A stretch of 64,000 bases of DNA from assembly GCA_004764695.1 (NCBI GenBank), contig SMSO01000014.1:5756029-5820028 (forward strand). Reading direction: 5' to 3'. The notes under the pieces are model-generated. The model had not been told where the DNA came from. It did not search any database and was given only the letters and a program-made list of their open reading frames with translations. The translations under genes and the position numbers were made by a program. Of the stretch, positions 50,301 through 62,559 are shown one piece after another. Numbering within the stretch: the stretch's first letter is position 1; each line of letters begins with the position of its first letter. The DNA comes from Schizochytrium sp. TIO01 (Eukaryota; Protista; Bigyra: Labyrinthulomycetes).

Positions 50301-52483
50301 AGGATATCGAGGAAGTACAGCAGCAGCGAACTGATGAGAAAGATCAAGAAGGACAACCACAAAACATTGAAAAAATGCAGATGCGACCAGAGATGGAAAA
50401 GAAAGAGCAACCCGAAGCAAATATTCAAATGGACGATGATACTAAATCATTAGCCAATGAACCGAGCTCCAGTGATGTTAATGATGGCACACTCGGTGAA
50501 ATGCCGTCAGATATTCCCGTGATCTTGAAGTCTACTGACACCAAGATGAATTCAATACATTCCGTGGAAGTGATGTCAACATCTAACACTAGAAGTGCGA
50601 TTGTATCTACCCCCTCATCATCAGCTTCTCAGGAGGAGAATCCTGCGCCTCAGAGCAAGGTACTGCTTACTGGTCGCCCTCGTAAGCGTTGCTTGAGTAC
50701 GGATGATTTATCCGCATTACAAACTAGCAACGAGCAGACTTCTGAAGATATTCACCAAGAACCTAAGAAAAGACCAAAACTTTCTTCAGAAAACAGCAGC
50801 AACAATGAAAACCAAGACAGCGTCAATGCCAAATGCCTTCTCCCATCAATATCTCAGAGTGACGACGATATGGACATTGAAGACGAAACAGTTCTCCCTA
50901 CCAATGAGAATAAAACTCAAAAACCTCGGAAAAGCCTGCAGGAAGTTTTGTCCAGCAACGTTGGTTTGACCCCAGCTCCATTGCACAGTCGCTCCCGTGA
51001 ACCTCTTCAGGATGTGTCAGCTACAGTCAGACGACCAAGCGTACAACCAGGCAGTGGTCCGTTGGCCGAGGGAAGTTCAAGCACGGTCAGTTCTCATCAC
51101 CGGTTGCCCAAATCTACGAAAGAAACCGACCAACGACAGCAATCCCAAATAGTTCGGGCTGCAAGCTCTGAAGCTGACCGTGAGGTTGTATTTTGGGAGC
51201 GTATGGCCATTCTCAAGGAGAGAACTCAAGATGATTTTTGTGATGGTCTTCAAGGCTTTGGCCTCGAGACTGAGCAGCAGGAACTACGCTCGCTTGTTCA
51301 GGCCGCGGTCGAGAATGGCGAGAGTAGCTCACTTGTAATTATGGGCCAGCAAGGCGCTGGTAAAAGTTTTCTGGTAGACAAAGTACTGCGAGACGTCTCT
51401 TCTGAAGGCCATACATTTCTTCGAGTTTCCTTAGACGGCAACCTACAAGTGGATGATCTGAGTGCACTCAAAGAAATAACTCGCCAACTGTGCCTTGGTG
51501 GCGCACGAGCCCAGTGGAAGCGAGGCACCTTTTCACAGCATCTGCGCTTCCTTTTGTCTGTACTGTTTGAAGGAGCTCACAGCGGTCAACGTGGTGTTCC
51601 TCTTATTTTTGTACTGGAGCATTTTGAAGCTTTTGCACAACGTCGAAAGCAAACATTGTTGTATAATCTTCTTGATCTTACTCAGTCTAGAGATGCACGC
51701 ATAGTGCTGATTGGTTGCACTCATCGGATTGATGTTGTGGAGCAAATGGAAAAGCGCATCAAATCTCGTTTTGATAACCGTCAGATGTTCCTTGGCTGTC
51801 CAAGTTTTGACGTTGTCCAAAAGATTTTGCTTGAGCGTCTCATGCTGCCAGGTCCAAAGCACGCGAATTGGAACAATAAGATCCAAAAGCTGCTAGGTAA
51901 CGGGAGTGACGAACCCTCACGCGGGGCAATTGAGCTGATGCGCCTAGCTCAGCTTGGTTTTAGTACTGGTTGGTTCCTGCGGCTTGCTGACATTGCTTTG
52001 TCTCGCCTGCGTATGCGTCACCGTCGTGGAACTAGGCATTTGGACGAGTTTGTTGTCTCAGATCTACGAGATGCTGCTAATGCTTTGCAGACTGATGTTC
52101 GTGAGAATATCGTTTTTAGCCTTTCGACCATGGAAATTCTGCTTTTAGCGTCGGTTATCCATATGGAGAAGCTACAAGAACGCCGTGCGTTTAACTTTGA
52201 GCTAACCTATGCACAAGCCTCAAAGTACTATTGTCTCGAGGACAATCACGAGCGTCCACTCTCTCGCGCGGTTGCACGCAAATCCTTTGAGCACCTTGTA
52301 GAACTAGGTATTTTCTGCCCAGCCCAAGAAGTTGGTGCTGGCCAGGGTCGAGTTGCAGGCCCGGCCCACCGTCTTCATCGGCTAATGATAGACCCCGAAA
52401 ACTTCTTGGATAGCCTACGCGAAAACAAAATCAAGTGCCAGTCGCTGCTCCAGCAGTGGGCCTTGTCAATGTGTACAACATAG
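47322..52483 (+). CDS. ORC4: Origin recognition complex subunit 4 with about 1290-aa disordered/acidic N-terminal extension (about 1720 aa; frameshift at A7 run 48988-48994)
   Basis: C-terminal GESSSLVIMGQQGAGKS, DDLSALKEITRQL, KQTLLYNLLD, MEKRIKSRF and winged-helix region match ORC4. The downstream frame is open back to the A-run, so adding one A fuses ORFs 47310..49262 and 49259..52483. Confidence 0.85.
49160..50330 (+). repeat. Coding minisatellite: about 39-nt (13-aa) EEEQQPEESEKIA-type units with a 198-nt higher-order duplication
   Basis: Recurrent GAAGAAGAGCAGCAGCCTGAAGAG units. Block starting 49439 is repeated at 49637. Confidence 0.9.
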
Positions 52484-52877
52484 GCACCAAGACTTGACTC
52501 CTTACTACCATAGACTCAAAATTTCCCTAATATGAAATCAAAGATCTTTTGTATCAAGCAACTTCATTTTAGCTTTATCCGCAACATATAGACGAGGTTT
52601 TGGTATCTTTTGTTTCTACTTTCCAAGCTTATTTGAGGGCTTAGTACATCAAAAGGTAGCAATCTTAAAAATGACTTTCAAGTTGTATATAATTTTGATC
52701 AAGTATGTATGTATAGTTTTCTAATGGAGGCACCAGAATCAGCTATTTGTAAAAGGGTGTACGCAAAACGAATAGATGATCCATCTTCATGCACGTTTTG
52801 GGAGTTTAAACAAAAATTTGCACAATTGAGTTCTGATTGATTCCGAAGGTGAGGTGACTGGCAGCAAAGCCGCCACA

Positions 52878-53408
52878 TCATTCAACATACTCGATGTTCG
52901 TATTGAAGAATGCGGCTTGGCCACACGTTTTCTCGCTATCATCCTCAAGAACATTCCATACGTGAGCATCCTTAATCCGAAACTTGCGACCAGACGCGCT
53001 AGTGCGGATCCCAGAGTAGTCCGTAACAAAGCCATCACGGGCCACACGGTCGAGGAATTCTTGTCGCTCAGCGCGCTCCATCGGACCCGCCGTAAGGCGA
53101 CCTGGCATGGTGGTGAGCTGTTCATAGTTAACCTCAAAGAGCTTTTGCGCGCCTAGGTTACCGTAGTTAAGGATAGGGTCTTCTTGGAAACCAACCGAGA
53201 GGAGTGCAATGGATTCATCATTGTGCATTTTAAGCCAATCCTTTGCGGGATCCTCCGTCAGTTTGCGACCTGTCAGCCGTTCAAAGGACTTTAGAATGCG
53301 CACTACATGTTGTTGCATTTCCACAGAATCCTCAACACGTGGAGAAGGGCCCATGAAATTCGGTTTGTAGACCGAGAAAACAGCTCGGCCTAGTCCTGAG
53401 GAAGCCAT
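52878..53408 (-). CDS. Stand-alone MEKHLA (PAS-like) domain protein (176 aa from ATG 53408)
   Basis: DPILNYGNLGAQKLFE, MPGRLTA..ERAERQEFLDRV..G, DYSGIRTSASGRKFRI..A.VWNV, GQAAFF: the typical bacterial MEKHLA pattern. Confidence 0.88.
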   Translation of the reverse strand: MASSGLGRAVFSVYKPNFMGPSPRVEDSVEMQQHVVRILKSFERLTGRKLTEDPAKDWLKMHNDESIALLSVGFQEDPILNYGNLGAQKLFEVNYEQLTTMPGRLTAGPMERAERQEFLDRVARDGFVTDYSGIRTSASGRKFRIKDAHVWNVLEDDSEKTCGQAAFFNTNIEYVE

Positions 53409-54028
53409 CACAACTAGTTCAAGTTTTATTCTAACCACAAGTGCCTCCTACAAAGTGAAATTCGTGTAGGATTCTTGCGATAGCACGGCCTAGAGGTTCT
53501 CTTGAACTTTCAGGAGAAAATTTGCTTAAAGTCAGGCCAAGCGGCCCTATAAAAGCGTATTGCTTCACCGCGGCCAAGATTGCAATGTTTGCTCTGCCAG
53601 AGGAGTGACAATTTGCTCAGTTTGTCACTCTATTCTTTATGAACGAATTGAAGAATAGAAGTCTGATAGAATGTGCTATATAAAAGTTTAAGAAGCGAAG
53701 AAACAAAAGGGCCGCAGAAGAAAAGAGAAGCATAAAGCCTCAACAGTAGCCCAACAGCAAAACTCAATCGAACGAACAACTGCCCGAGCGCGAAACCGCG
53801 TCGTCCACGTAACTACGTGGCCGTGGTGTTTATATCAAGAGAACCGCGTGAGACGGAAGGCTTTTAGATCGCACCGTGCCGAGAAGAGAAACCTATCAGC
53901 TTTGCTTTTTTCGACGGTTTGGTAGTGAGGGCCAGACTTGGCCAAAACCGGTTGGGCATCCAAGGGAGCTTGCACAAGTGCCAGGCAACGTGAAGGCTGA
54001 AGATAGGTGAAAGCATAAGCCTGGCAAA

Positions 54029-54589
54029 ATGGGCTTGCTCACAATCTTGAAGAAGCAAAAGCTGAAGGAGAAGCAGATGCGCATCCTGATGCTCGGCCTG
54101 GACAATGCCGGTAAGACAACAATTCTAAAGAAATTCAACGGAGAAGACATTGACACAATCAGCCCAACTCTCGGATTCAATATCAAAACTCTCGAGCACC
54201 GGGGCTATCAGCTCAATGTATGGGATGTTGGCGGTCAGACAACAATTCGATCTTATTGGCGGAACTATTTTGAAGAGACGGATGGACTTATTTGGGTAGT
54301 TGATTGTGCGGACCGAGAGCGATTGGCTACTTGCCGCGATGAGTTGCATAATTTGCTTCAGCAAGAGAAACTTGCAGGGGCATCAGTTTTAGTGTTCGCG
54401 AACAAGCAGGACTTAGCTGGTGCACTCTCGAGTGAGCAAATTGCAGAAGTTCTTGAGCTTGGATCTCCTATCTTTAAAAACAGGCACTGGCAGATTCATC
54501 CGTGCAGTGCTGTGACCGGCGAGGGCCTGGTTGATGGTGTTGACTGGATTGTAGAAGATATTGCTTCTCGAATCTACCTCATGGACTAA
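54029..54589 (+). CDS. ARL2: ADP-ribosylation factor-like GTPase 2
   Basis: [55 protein letters not shown]. Confidence 0.95.
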   Translation: MGLLTILKKQKLKEKQMRILMLGLDNAGKTTILKKFNGEDIDTISPTLGFNIKTLEHRGYQLNVWDVGGQTTIRSYWRNYFEETDGLIWVVDCADRERLATCRDELHNLLQQEKLAGASVLVFANKQDLAGALSSEQIAEVLELGSPIFKNRHWQIHPCSAVTGEGLVDGVDWIVEDIASRIYLMD

Positions 54590-55024
54590 ACTATATAGAA
54601 GTTGTGTGCCTTCGCATCACTTTCTCTACAAAAGCGGATTCGATTTCTAAAATAAAATAGTCCTGCTTGCCCAAATTATTCATGTGTCAAAAGTACCGGG
54701 TCGTTTCTCTGTTTCGTTCATTTTTCAGATCATTTGGTAGACCTCTTCTTAGCTTGTTATTCTCTTTTTAAAACACGACAACGATAAATTATACAAAATA
54801 AAGAGATAAATACCCTTCAATCAGCTTCTAAATACATCCATCAACCCAGATTTTTCAAGTATAAAAGAACACAGTATGCCTTTTCAGATCTTTCATGCAC
54901 TTCCATTGGCTATGTCACTAAAAAGGACACGACTGAGAATTAAGACTTGTATGACATCGTATAAACGGTAGATGAAGGATAGATAAAGGAAAAAGGGGGA
55001 AAGGAAGAAAAGAGGAAAAAAGAA

Positions 55025-55048
55025 TGCGGTCTCCGCGGATCGAACGCA

Positions 55049-55081
<33 letters not shown>

Positions 55082-55097
55082 CCTGAGCTAAGACCGC
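55025..55097 (-). tRNA. tRNA-Phe(GAA), copy 1 of 9
   Basis: GCGGTCTTAGCTCAGGTGGGAGAGCGTCAGACTGAAGATCTGAAGGTCCTGCGTTCGATCCGCGGAGACCGCA folds as a cloverleaf with anticodon GAA. Oligo-T terminator downstream. Confidence 0.97.
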
Positions 55098-55656
55098 TTT
55101 TCAATTGTTGAGAGTGGTTGAGCCTAGTTACATATATTCACTCATTAATTGTAATTGTATATTTTTTTAATTTAATATAAACAAATTAAAGAATATAGGA
55201 GACGCTGATGCTTCGCAGAATTCAAATGAGCGCTACCACGAAGATGACAAAGGCAGAAAGAGATTCATTTCATACTCTATATACTTGCTTCCTAACATCC
55301 ATGTTTAAAGTATGTGTGATTAAGTCTATCACTGACTCTATCTATAGCCTAGATTCATCTCTTTTCTTAGTTTCTTCTTGTTTTGAACTGAATGTCATTT
55401 TTGTACTCTTTTACCAGGAATAGGGAAAAAAATAAAGCTCACTATGGCTCACTGATGTAGGTACGTAGAGCTTGATGATATAAAGTTTGCTATAATAGAA
55501 TAATCACCTTGGAAATTTAATCAAATAAGTATGCTTCTAGAACTGTATCCATGAAGACCATCCAAGGAATTAATATAAAAAGTGACTTCTAATTTTTGTA
55601 TTCCTATCTTCCTATCTTAGAAGGGTATTTTAAATTTTAAGAAAAAGAAAAAGGAA

Positions 55657-55680
55657 TGCGGTCTCCGCGGATCGAACGCA

Positions 55681-55713
<33 letters not shown>

Positions 55714-55729
55714 CCTGAGCTAAGACCGC
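55657..55729 (-). tRNA. tRNA-Phe(GAA), copy 2
   Basis: Identical to copy 1. Confidence 0.97.
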
Positions 55730-56067
55730 TTTCTATTTGTTGAAACCCAGAGTGGGATGGTTATTTATAAAGCGTTTCTCCTGTTTAATAGCAGAGACTT
55801 TCGATTCAAACAAAAAGTGATACCTTGCTAATTTAACTTTGATTTGGGAGTGGTTTTTGTAATAGCATTACAAAGATATATATAGACCAGGGCTGGAGGA
55901 AAAGCCAGTAATCCACAGAATCTTGTGTAATTATCCTTCATTGTGACTGACAGTCGCAAAGGGGCATTTGACCTCATACCAAAAGGAAATGGAAGGGAGG
56001 GCCGGGGAAATAATTTATTTTTAAAAAAAAAATGTATCTTGCAGATGAAAAGAAAAGAAAAAGGTAA

Positions 56068-56091
56068 TGCGGTCTCCGCGGATCGAACGCA

Positions 56092-56124
<33 letters not shown>

Positions 56125-56140
56125 CCTGAGCTAAGACCGC
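56068..56140 (-). tRNA. tRNA-Phe(GAA), copy 3
   Basis: Identical to copy 1. Confidence 0.97.
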
Positions 56141-56235
56141 ATATTACATGTTACTCAAAAGTTCACATGAACATATATATTTACTGTATGGATAATATCG
56201 CCAACAATTATGAAAATAGAGTAGGAAAAAGGAAT

Positions 56236-56259
56236 TGCGGTCTCCGCGGATCGAACGCA

Positions 56260-56292
<33 letters not shown>

Positions 56293-56308
56293 CCTGAGCT
56301 AAGACCGC
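56236..56308 (-). tRNA. tRNA-Phe(GAA), copy 4
   Basis: Identical to copy 1. Confidence 0.97.
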
Positions 56309-57102
56309 TTTTCAATTGATATTGGGGAAGGGTGCTTGGTCACTCATGATGACTCCGTGCAAATGCAGAAGAGTAATTTGGAATGCGGAATGCAATTTAC
56401 TAGGCTTACCCACCACAACTTGAATAACAAACAATAGTTTAGACTGAAGGTAAGAACATTTCGAGAGCTGATGCGACGCAGTACTGGGTATATATGCACA
56501 AATGTGTTAAGCGCTTTCTATGTAGCTCTTCTTCTTTTTTTTAGTTGCGAATATGGTAAATTTGAGATAGGAAAAGACGACATAGGAGATCCCCCTTTCT
56601 GCAATCTAGTTCGAACCCTCAGTTTCAAACAGAGGTGGCATTCTGTTTTGTTTTCATTATTGCTGAGAATACTGTGGAGATTCATTTAGTGTTTTTACGC
56701 ATAAACATACATTCTGAACTTCTCTTCGCCATGAGTTGAGAGAAAGAAATTGGTGTCTATGTTCAAATGTACAGTACTTATAGGTATAAACATATTTACA
56801 AAGGGTAAACAATTATAAACACTATACTATTAAATTCTGCCGAAGTAAGCTTGTTGTTCACTTGTTTATGCTGAGGGATAATCAAAGTTGAAAAGTAGCA
56901 AAACTGTCTTGAGGAAGGGCATCGGAACTAATTTTAAAAAATAAATTAAAACTACAGCTTTTTACCCCAAGTGTAGAATATAAGTACTGAAGTAATACCA
57001 GCATCTATGACCCAGCAACTCAGCAAAAGCAGGATAAAGCTGCACATTGAAGCCATCCTTACATAGTATTTCCTGCTCAAAGGTTAAAGATTAAAAAGGA
57101 AT

Positions 57103-57126
57103 TGCGGTCTCCGCGGATCGAACGCA

Positions 57127-57159
<33 letters not shown>

Positions 57160-57175
57160 CCTGAGCTAAGACCGC
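57103..57175 (-). tRNA. tRNA-Phe(GAA), copy 5
   Basis: Identical to copy 1. Confidence 0.97.
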
Positions 57176-57799
57176 TTTCCATATGTTGAAGCGATTTCTG
57201 CAGTGCTACTTCTTTAACACCCTCACAAGTGTCACCTGAGAGCCACCCATCTTAATCCATTTGGTAGAAAACTCCAACATGTGACATGCAGTCACATGTG
57301 ACTAGTTTTACTTTACTCTTATTATATAATGGCTACCTGGAGATATAAAAAGAAAGGTACCTTACCTAGCACCACCGCGGTCAATGTTCAGGCGCTGAAG
57401 AGAAGTAAGAGATTGGAAAAAGGTATGTTGTTTTCTTTCATAAACACTGATAGGACGCCTCGCTCAATGAAATCAAGGTCCGTGGAGCGCTGTCTACGAA
57501 ATGGTTTGGTTGCGCTTGGTTGCGCTTGACTTCGTACTTAGCAAGATATGCTTTGCTCATTGTCATCCCAAATTAGGAAGCGATTTTCTTGCCCCATGCA
57601 AGACAACCAAGCAAGCGCAATGCAACCTCAGCAATCACAATCTCTGTGTGTTCAGGCTCGGCGTTTATAATGGTTGGCACCGGGTTAACCATTCCGCTGT
57701 CGTTGGACATTTCCTCTGATGTCCTGTATATCCTATAGAGAAAACAAAATTGCACCGGCAGCCCATGCGGTGAATTGATCCCAGTCGGTCCCATTGCCT

Positions 57800-59850
57800 C
57801 TATAAGCAGTCATTAGTCTGAAGAAACTCTCTGTCTTCTATTGCCTTTTAGGGGTACTTCTTGCTTCGTCTAAATCTTCATGCAGCCCGCCTTCCTTATC
57901 CTCTCGGGGAGCGTACTTAATCTTAACCTCCTCCGTATATTTCTTCTACTTCGGTCCTCTCTGATAAATTATAGCTCGCTTATTGTCTCGCCTCTGCTAC
58001 TGCTCCTTGTGTTGATCTTCTGCATGTACGCCTGGCCAGTGAGCATCCTCATCACAAAATCATACAGGGAGCAAGCATATCGTTTCTTTGACCTTTGTCG
58101 TTGGTTCAGCCTTGCTCAGTCAATATCTAGCTCGACAAGTTCCAACCTTTAGGACCATCATCACTAGTAATGTAAAATGGATCTCAAGCTTTTGCTAATC
58201 AATAGCATAATCTAAATCACCTTTAATGGAGGATGAAATTCACCATAACGGATGCAAGGGGGATACACGCAGGGTCCTTTCAATATCTCTCTCAAAAGGT
58301 GTTGTTCAGTATAAGCACGATGTTTTTAGCTGACAGAGTATCGATTTAATCAAGGTAAAGCAACTCTTGTCGAATCAAATCCTAAAGAACGCACTACGAT
58401 TATGAGTAGCGTGAGTAGGGGCTGGTATAAAGATGTATGTGCGATCAAAAATGGCTACAGCTGCTTGTGTTAGGCTGCTTGTGCTAGCCAAGAGTACGTT
58501 TGGTATGCATACAAGCGTCGTCTAAATTATATTCCTCTGATGGAATACTAGAATCAGTACTGAATCAATATTGAATCAGTATTGAAAAAGCTAATACAAG
58601 TGCTGAAAGATGAGTCTGGTCAGCTAGATGTTGACTAAGATTAAACTGAAGGCAAAAGAATGGAAATAGGCTCGATTAGTGTTATCTTTAAAAGTTGGCG
58701 ATCTGCTGTCCTTAGGAAGCAGGCTGATCCATGCTACAATTAGGAGGCCAAGAGAAACTTTTTCTGTACAAATTGAAGGAGCCAGATTAACTTGTCTCTT
58801 TAGCCATCAATCCAGATAGTGCCACATTGGGTTCTAACGAATGCATTTGTACGCCTTTAGTTCTCGTCTATCATAACTACACAACCGTGATCCTAGTTGT
58901 ATAGTTCTGTACCTATGTAACTCCCAAATTCCTCGGGGATCAGAATGGAACGACAAGCACTGTAGCAATGATTCGTCCGATAGTCATTTCAATTGAAAAT
59001 CTCAGCAATGAGCTTAAGTTTGAAAACGCAATGTTGATTGTGTCCTAAGTTCTTATTATACAGAGTATTTGTATTTACAAATGTGGATGAGATTCGGGAG
59101 TTGAAGATTTTGGAAGGCGACAGCTTAACAAAGCGCCCTCCCCGTGAACAAGAGCACACAACGCTCTCAAAAGGTATAAAATAACTTGCAAGCCGATGCA
59201 ATGCTTTGCTCTAGTGAATTTAGCGGGATGGTCCCTTCCTTTTCAGCAGCCCCCCTCCAATGAGTGGGCTGTAATCTATGCAACCCTAAGTTTTTGGTCT
59301 CACAATCACCTTAAGAACGTCATGAGCTAGTACCTGTTGTAGTACTTTGCAGATTAAGCCTATTAAGAACATAGCTCGTACAGTTCTGACTTCGATAGAA
59401 CCTCTTAAATTCCTCTCGCAATTTTGAGATATACGTTCGCAGCGCTTTAGCGCTCTCTCTATGGTCTCGTCCTTTGAAGAAGACAACTACCTTTATTCTA
59501 ATGGAGCTTAACAGATGAAGTAAGGCGATATTCCTGTGTAAGTCATACTCAGACTGCAAGAGTGGAGCAAATGATTTATATCAACTTTAGCTGGGTTGTA
59601 TCTAAACCTTTTAGTTTACGTCTGACTAAAGCAGCAAATTATTAATATGCGTATTTAGAGAAAACAGACATTGTTTAAGTCATTTAAATTGTGTGAATTC
59701 CCCTAACCTCTTCAGGAGCGTCTTGATCACCCATTTCGTATGCTTCTCCCACTATTGTAATTAACTCCTTGACAGGAACAGCTGCTCTTCTCTTCGGGTT
59801 AAATGCTAAATTTATTTCCCCCCTTTTAGAATGGCCAACTGGCATGTTTT
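57800..59850 (-). mobile_element. Possible decayed LTR-retrotransposon gag-like remnant in the long tRNA spacer
   Basis: KDETIERALKRCERISQNC..VRAMFLIGL..VL (59286-59486) resembles a gag capsid motif. A frameshifted CMICDEDAHW (Cx2Cx4H) lies near 58040-58070. Many stops; no LTR found. Confidence 0.25.
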
Positions 59851-60448
59851 ATCTCCTAATGCAAACCTCACTACCTTCATAAGCTTCGCTTGTATGAGCT
59901 GAAGCACCAGAGCAGCGTCAGGGTACCCAGTTTACAGAACCGGAATCCGACTCCTACACTGCTTCAAAGCCTCATTTTCCCACACAAGTAGAATTCAGGG
60001 TGAACAAATAGCACACATTTTACACAGATACGAGCAAAACATCCATCATCTTTCCAAGGCAAACCAATGAACAACTTATGTGCATTATTTTGACCAGGCA
60101 CTGCAATCCTGGGAGGAATTGACTTTTTATATCTCTAGCTAGAGAACATTGAATTTTAAAAATTAACAACAAAAAACTATTCAGAGAACAAACAGTCTTT
60201 ATCTACTTATTCACCTTCCGTATTTAGGTGGTCGTGTGTCTCTTAAAAAGTCGAAATGAGGAATGTAGAGCTTTATACAGATAAGCATGGATGGTAGCTT
60301 GTCATGGTTTTGGATTTAATTTTTTTTAAATAAAAAATATGTATATAAATTGTGTATAAAGAGAAATATTGGTAACCATATACAATATAGGTAAGAGTAA
60401 GTACTGCCTAGCTACTAAAAAGTAGTGTTTAAAATTAAAAAATATTAA

Positions 60449-60472
60449 TGCGGTCTCCGCGGATCGAACGCA

Positions 60473-60505
<33 letters not shown>

Positions 60506-60521
60506 CCTGAGCTAAGACCGC
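60449..60521 (-). tRNA. tRNA-Phe(GAA), copy 6
   Basis: Identical to copy 1. Confidence 0.97.
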
Positions 60522-60969
60522 TAATTAATTAGATGATGGCAATGCTCGCAAAGTTTCAAATGAACACAAAACCAATCTTTCACGAAACAACCCGATCAAT
60601 CCTTCAATTCTATCATAATGTGGGAGAATTCATGAAATCTCAAATCCCTAACAAAAGAAGTCTTTCCAAATTGACTGCATAAAGAGATAATAAATCAACC
60701 ATAGCATACAAACTAGGGATACTAGGAACATATATCTTTTAGTCTACCCTTTCTAGTTGCTTCTTTTTGTGGTTACCCTCTATAATAGTATCATCATTTT
60801 GCTTGTACAATAGTTCGCTGTTTTACAAGGTTATCTAAATTTCTAGTGTCACAAGTTTACGACTCAAAAGTAACGAAATGAATTGTACTATGTGGTAGCT
60901 TCGATTAATTATTTTTAATAAAAATTAAAAATTAAAAAATCAACTGAAATTGGGGGAAAGAAAAAATGA

Positions 60970-60993
60970 TGCGGTCTCCGCGGATCGAACGCA

Positions 60994-61026
<33 letters not shown>

Positions 61027-61042
61027 CCTGAGCTAAGACCGC
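60970..61042 (-). tRNA. tRNA-Phe(GAA), copy 7
   Basis: Identical to copy 1. Confidence 0.97.
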
Positions 61043-61450
61043 AACGGAAAGCGAGCAAGTCATTGCTGGCTGTTGACTGAATACTTCGTCGGTAAAGTTA
61101 TAATTATTATGATAGTGTATGTTTTCTAAAACTCGCTTTCTCATTTTTTATTTAGTTAAAATTTTAATTCTAACTTTTGAAATTAATTATTTAAAATAAA
61201 TAAATAAAACATAAAACACAAAACATGAGGACCTTCTGATATGGATTGACCAACAAGAGATTTATTTATGGTGTGTGAAAGATGCGCCTGGAATTTATCT
61301 ACTACTTTAAATGACTTGTCTGCAACTTTTCCTTTAAATAAATAAACTGTAATGTGCATTTCTGCCCTAGTTTTCGTTGTTGATGTTCCTGCTTAGTTTT
61401 TCGGGAGAAATTTTTATTTTAAAAAAAAAATAGAAATTAAAAAAAAATAA

Positions 61451-61474
61451 TGCGGTCTCCGCGGATCGAACGCA

Positions 61475-61507
<33 letters not shown>

Positions 61508-61523
61508 CCTGAGCTAAGACCGC
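61451..61523 (-). tRNA. tRNA-Phe(GAA), copy 8
   Basis: Identical to copy 1. Confidence 0.97.
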
Positions 61524-62502
61524 TAGTAACTTGAGGGTGATTGTATTACCACCTTGGTGGTAAGACTCGCGATTGAAGACTTTTGAGTCATCTCCGCGTT
61601 CTCGTGCTAGATTTGGCTATTTCTGATCTTCCTTTCTTTTCCTAAAAACCTCAGCGCTCTTGCTCTTGGTCTTAGTGATCTACTATGCTTGGAATTGAAT
61701 TTTGAAGGCAAACTGAAATTAGGGACTATTACACACTTGACTTGTATCCGCCATGATTGACAAGTAACCGCTTCGATTACAGATTTAGATTCCACCGTGC
61801 TCGATTCTAAGTGCTACACATGTGAACTTTGGATCTTGGCTCATTAACCACGCAATAAGTCTAGTTGGCTAGTTCTATTCTAAGTAAGTCCAAAATCCTT
61901 GAGTGCGTACAATGGAGCGAATGCTGGCAATGATTTGTCCACTAGTTCCTTCAATTGAAGATCTAATAATTTGTCTGTACCTATTGTGGCATTGTGGAAT
62001 GCATTCATGCTGGACGTTCGAGAAGCGCATAGAGAACCATTCAAGGTAGAGTAGGTGTAGTAGACTTAATATATTCGTATTGTTGCGAAACAGCTGTCTT
62101 GAGGGACCCATAGTTCCCACGGGTTATAACTTTATAACTTAACACTCTTGATAATCACTTCACTAAGAAGGCATTTCTGGCATGCCTCTTGCCAAGATTT
62201 GTTCCAATCCAGTTTAAACTCCATCTCGGGAATTGAACATTTTCGAATTTTCCAGCCAGATGACTCAGATAACATTTAAACAGACTTCAATACCTACCAG
62301 TTTAATTTCCCCCAAGATGATTATAAAGCAACCGTTCAAATGATTGTAAAAGTAGCTGTGTTCAGAGTCTTGAGGTATAACGTCGTTGTTAGTATGCTCT
62401 TCTCAGGAGTGGTAGGTGGTAGAATGTAAAAGGTAGAGGCGGGGGAGAAGTAAATTTTAATTTATAGAGAAAAAAAAAAATATGGGGAGAAAAAAATAAT
62501 TT

Positions 62503-62526
62503 TGCGGTCTCCGCGGATCGAACGCA

Positions 62527-62559
<33 letters not shown>

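Noticed and set aside
49327-50428. 255-aa and 259-aa minus-strand ORFs
   Set aside because: Antisense shadows of the Glu-rich coding minisatellite in ORC4.
53979-53990. GTGCCAGGCAAC X-box-like motif upstream of ARL2
   Set aside because: Imperfect single match, and RFX factors are not expected in the inferred lineage.
57463-57473. CTCAATGAAAT, shared with the omegaRNA 5' stem
   Set aside because: Only 11 nt of AT-rich identity, and the neighbouring hairpins and pseudoknot are absent.
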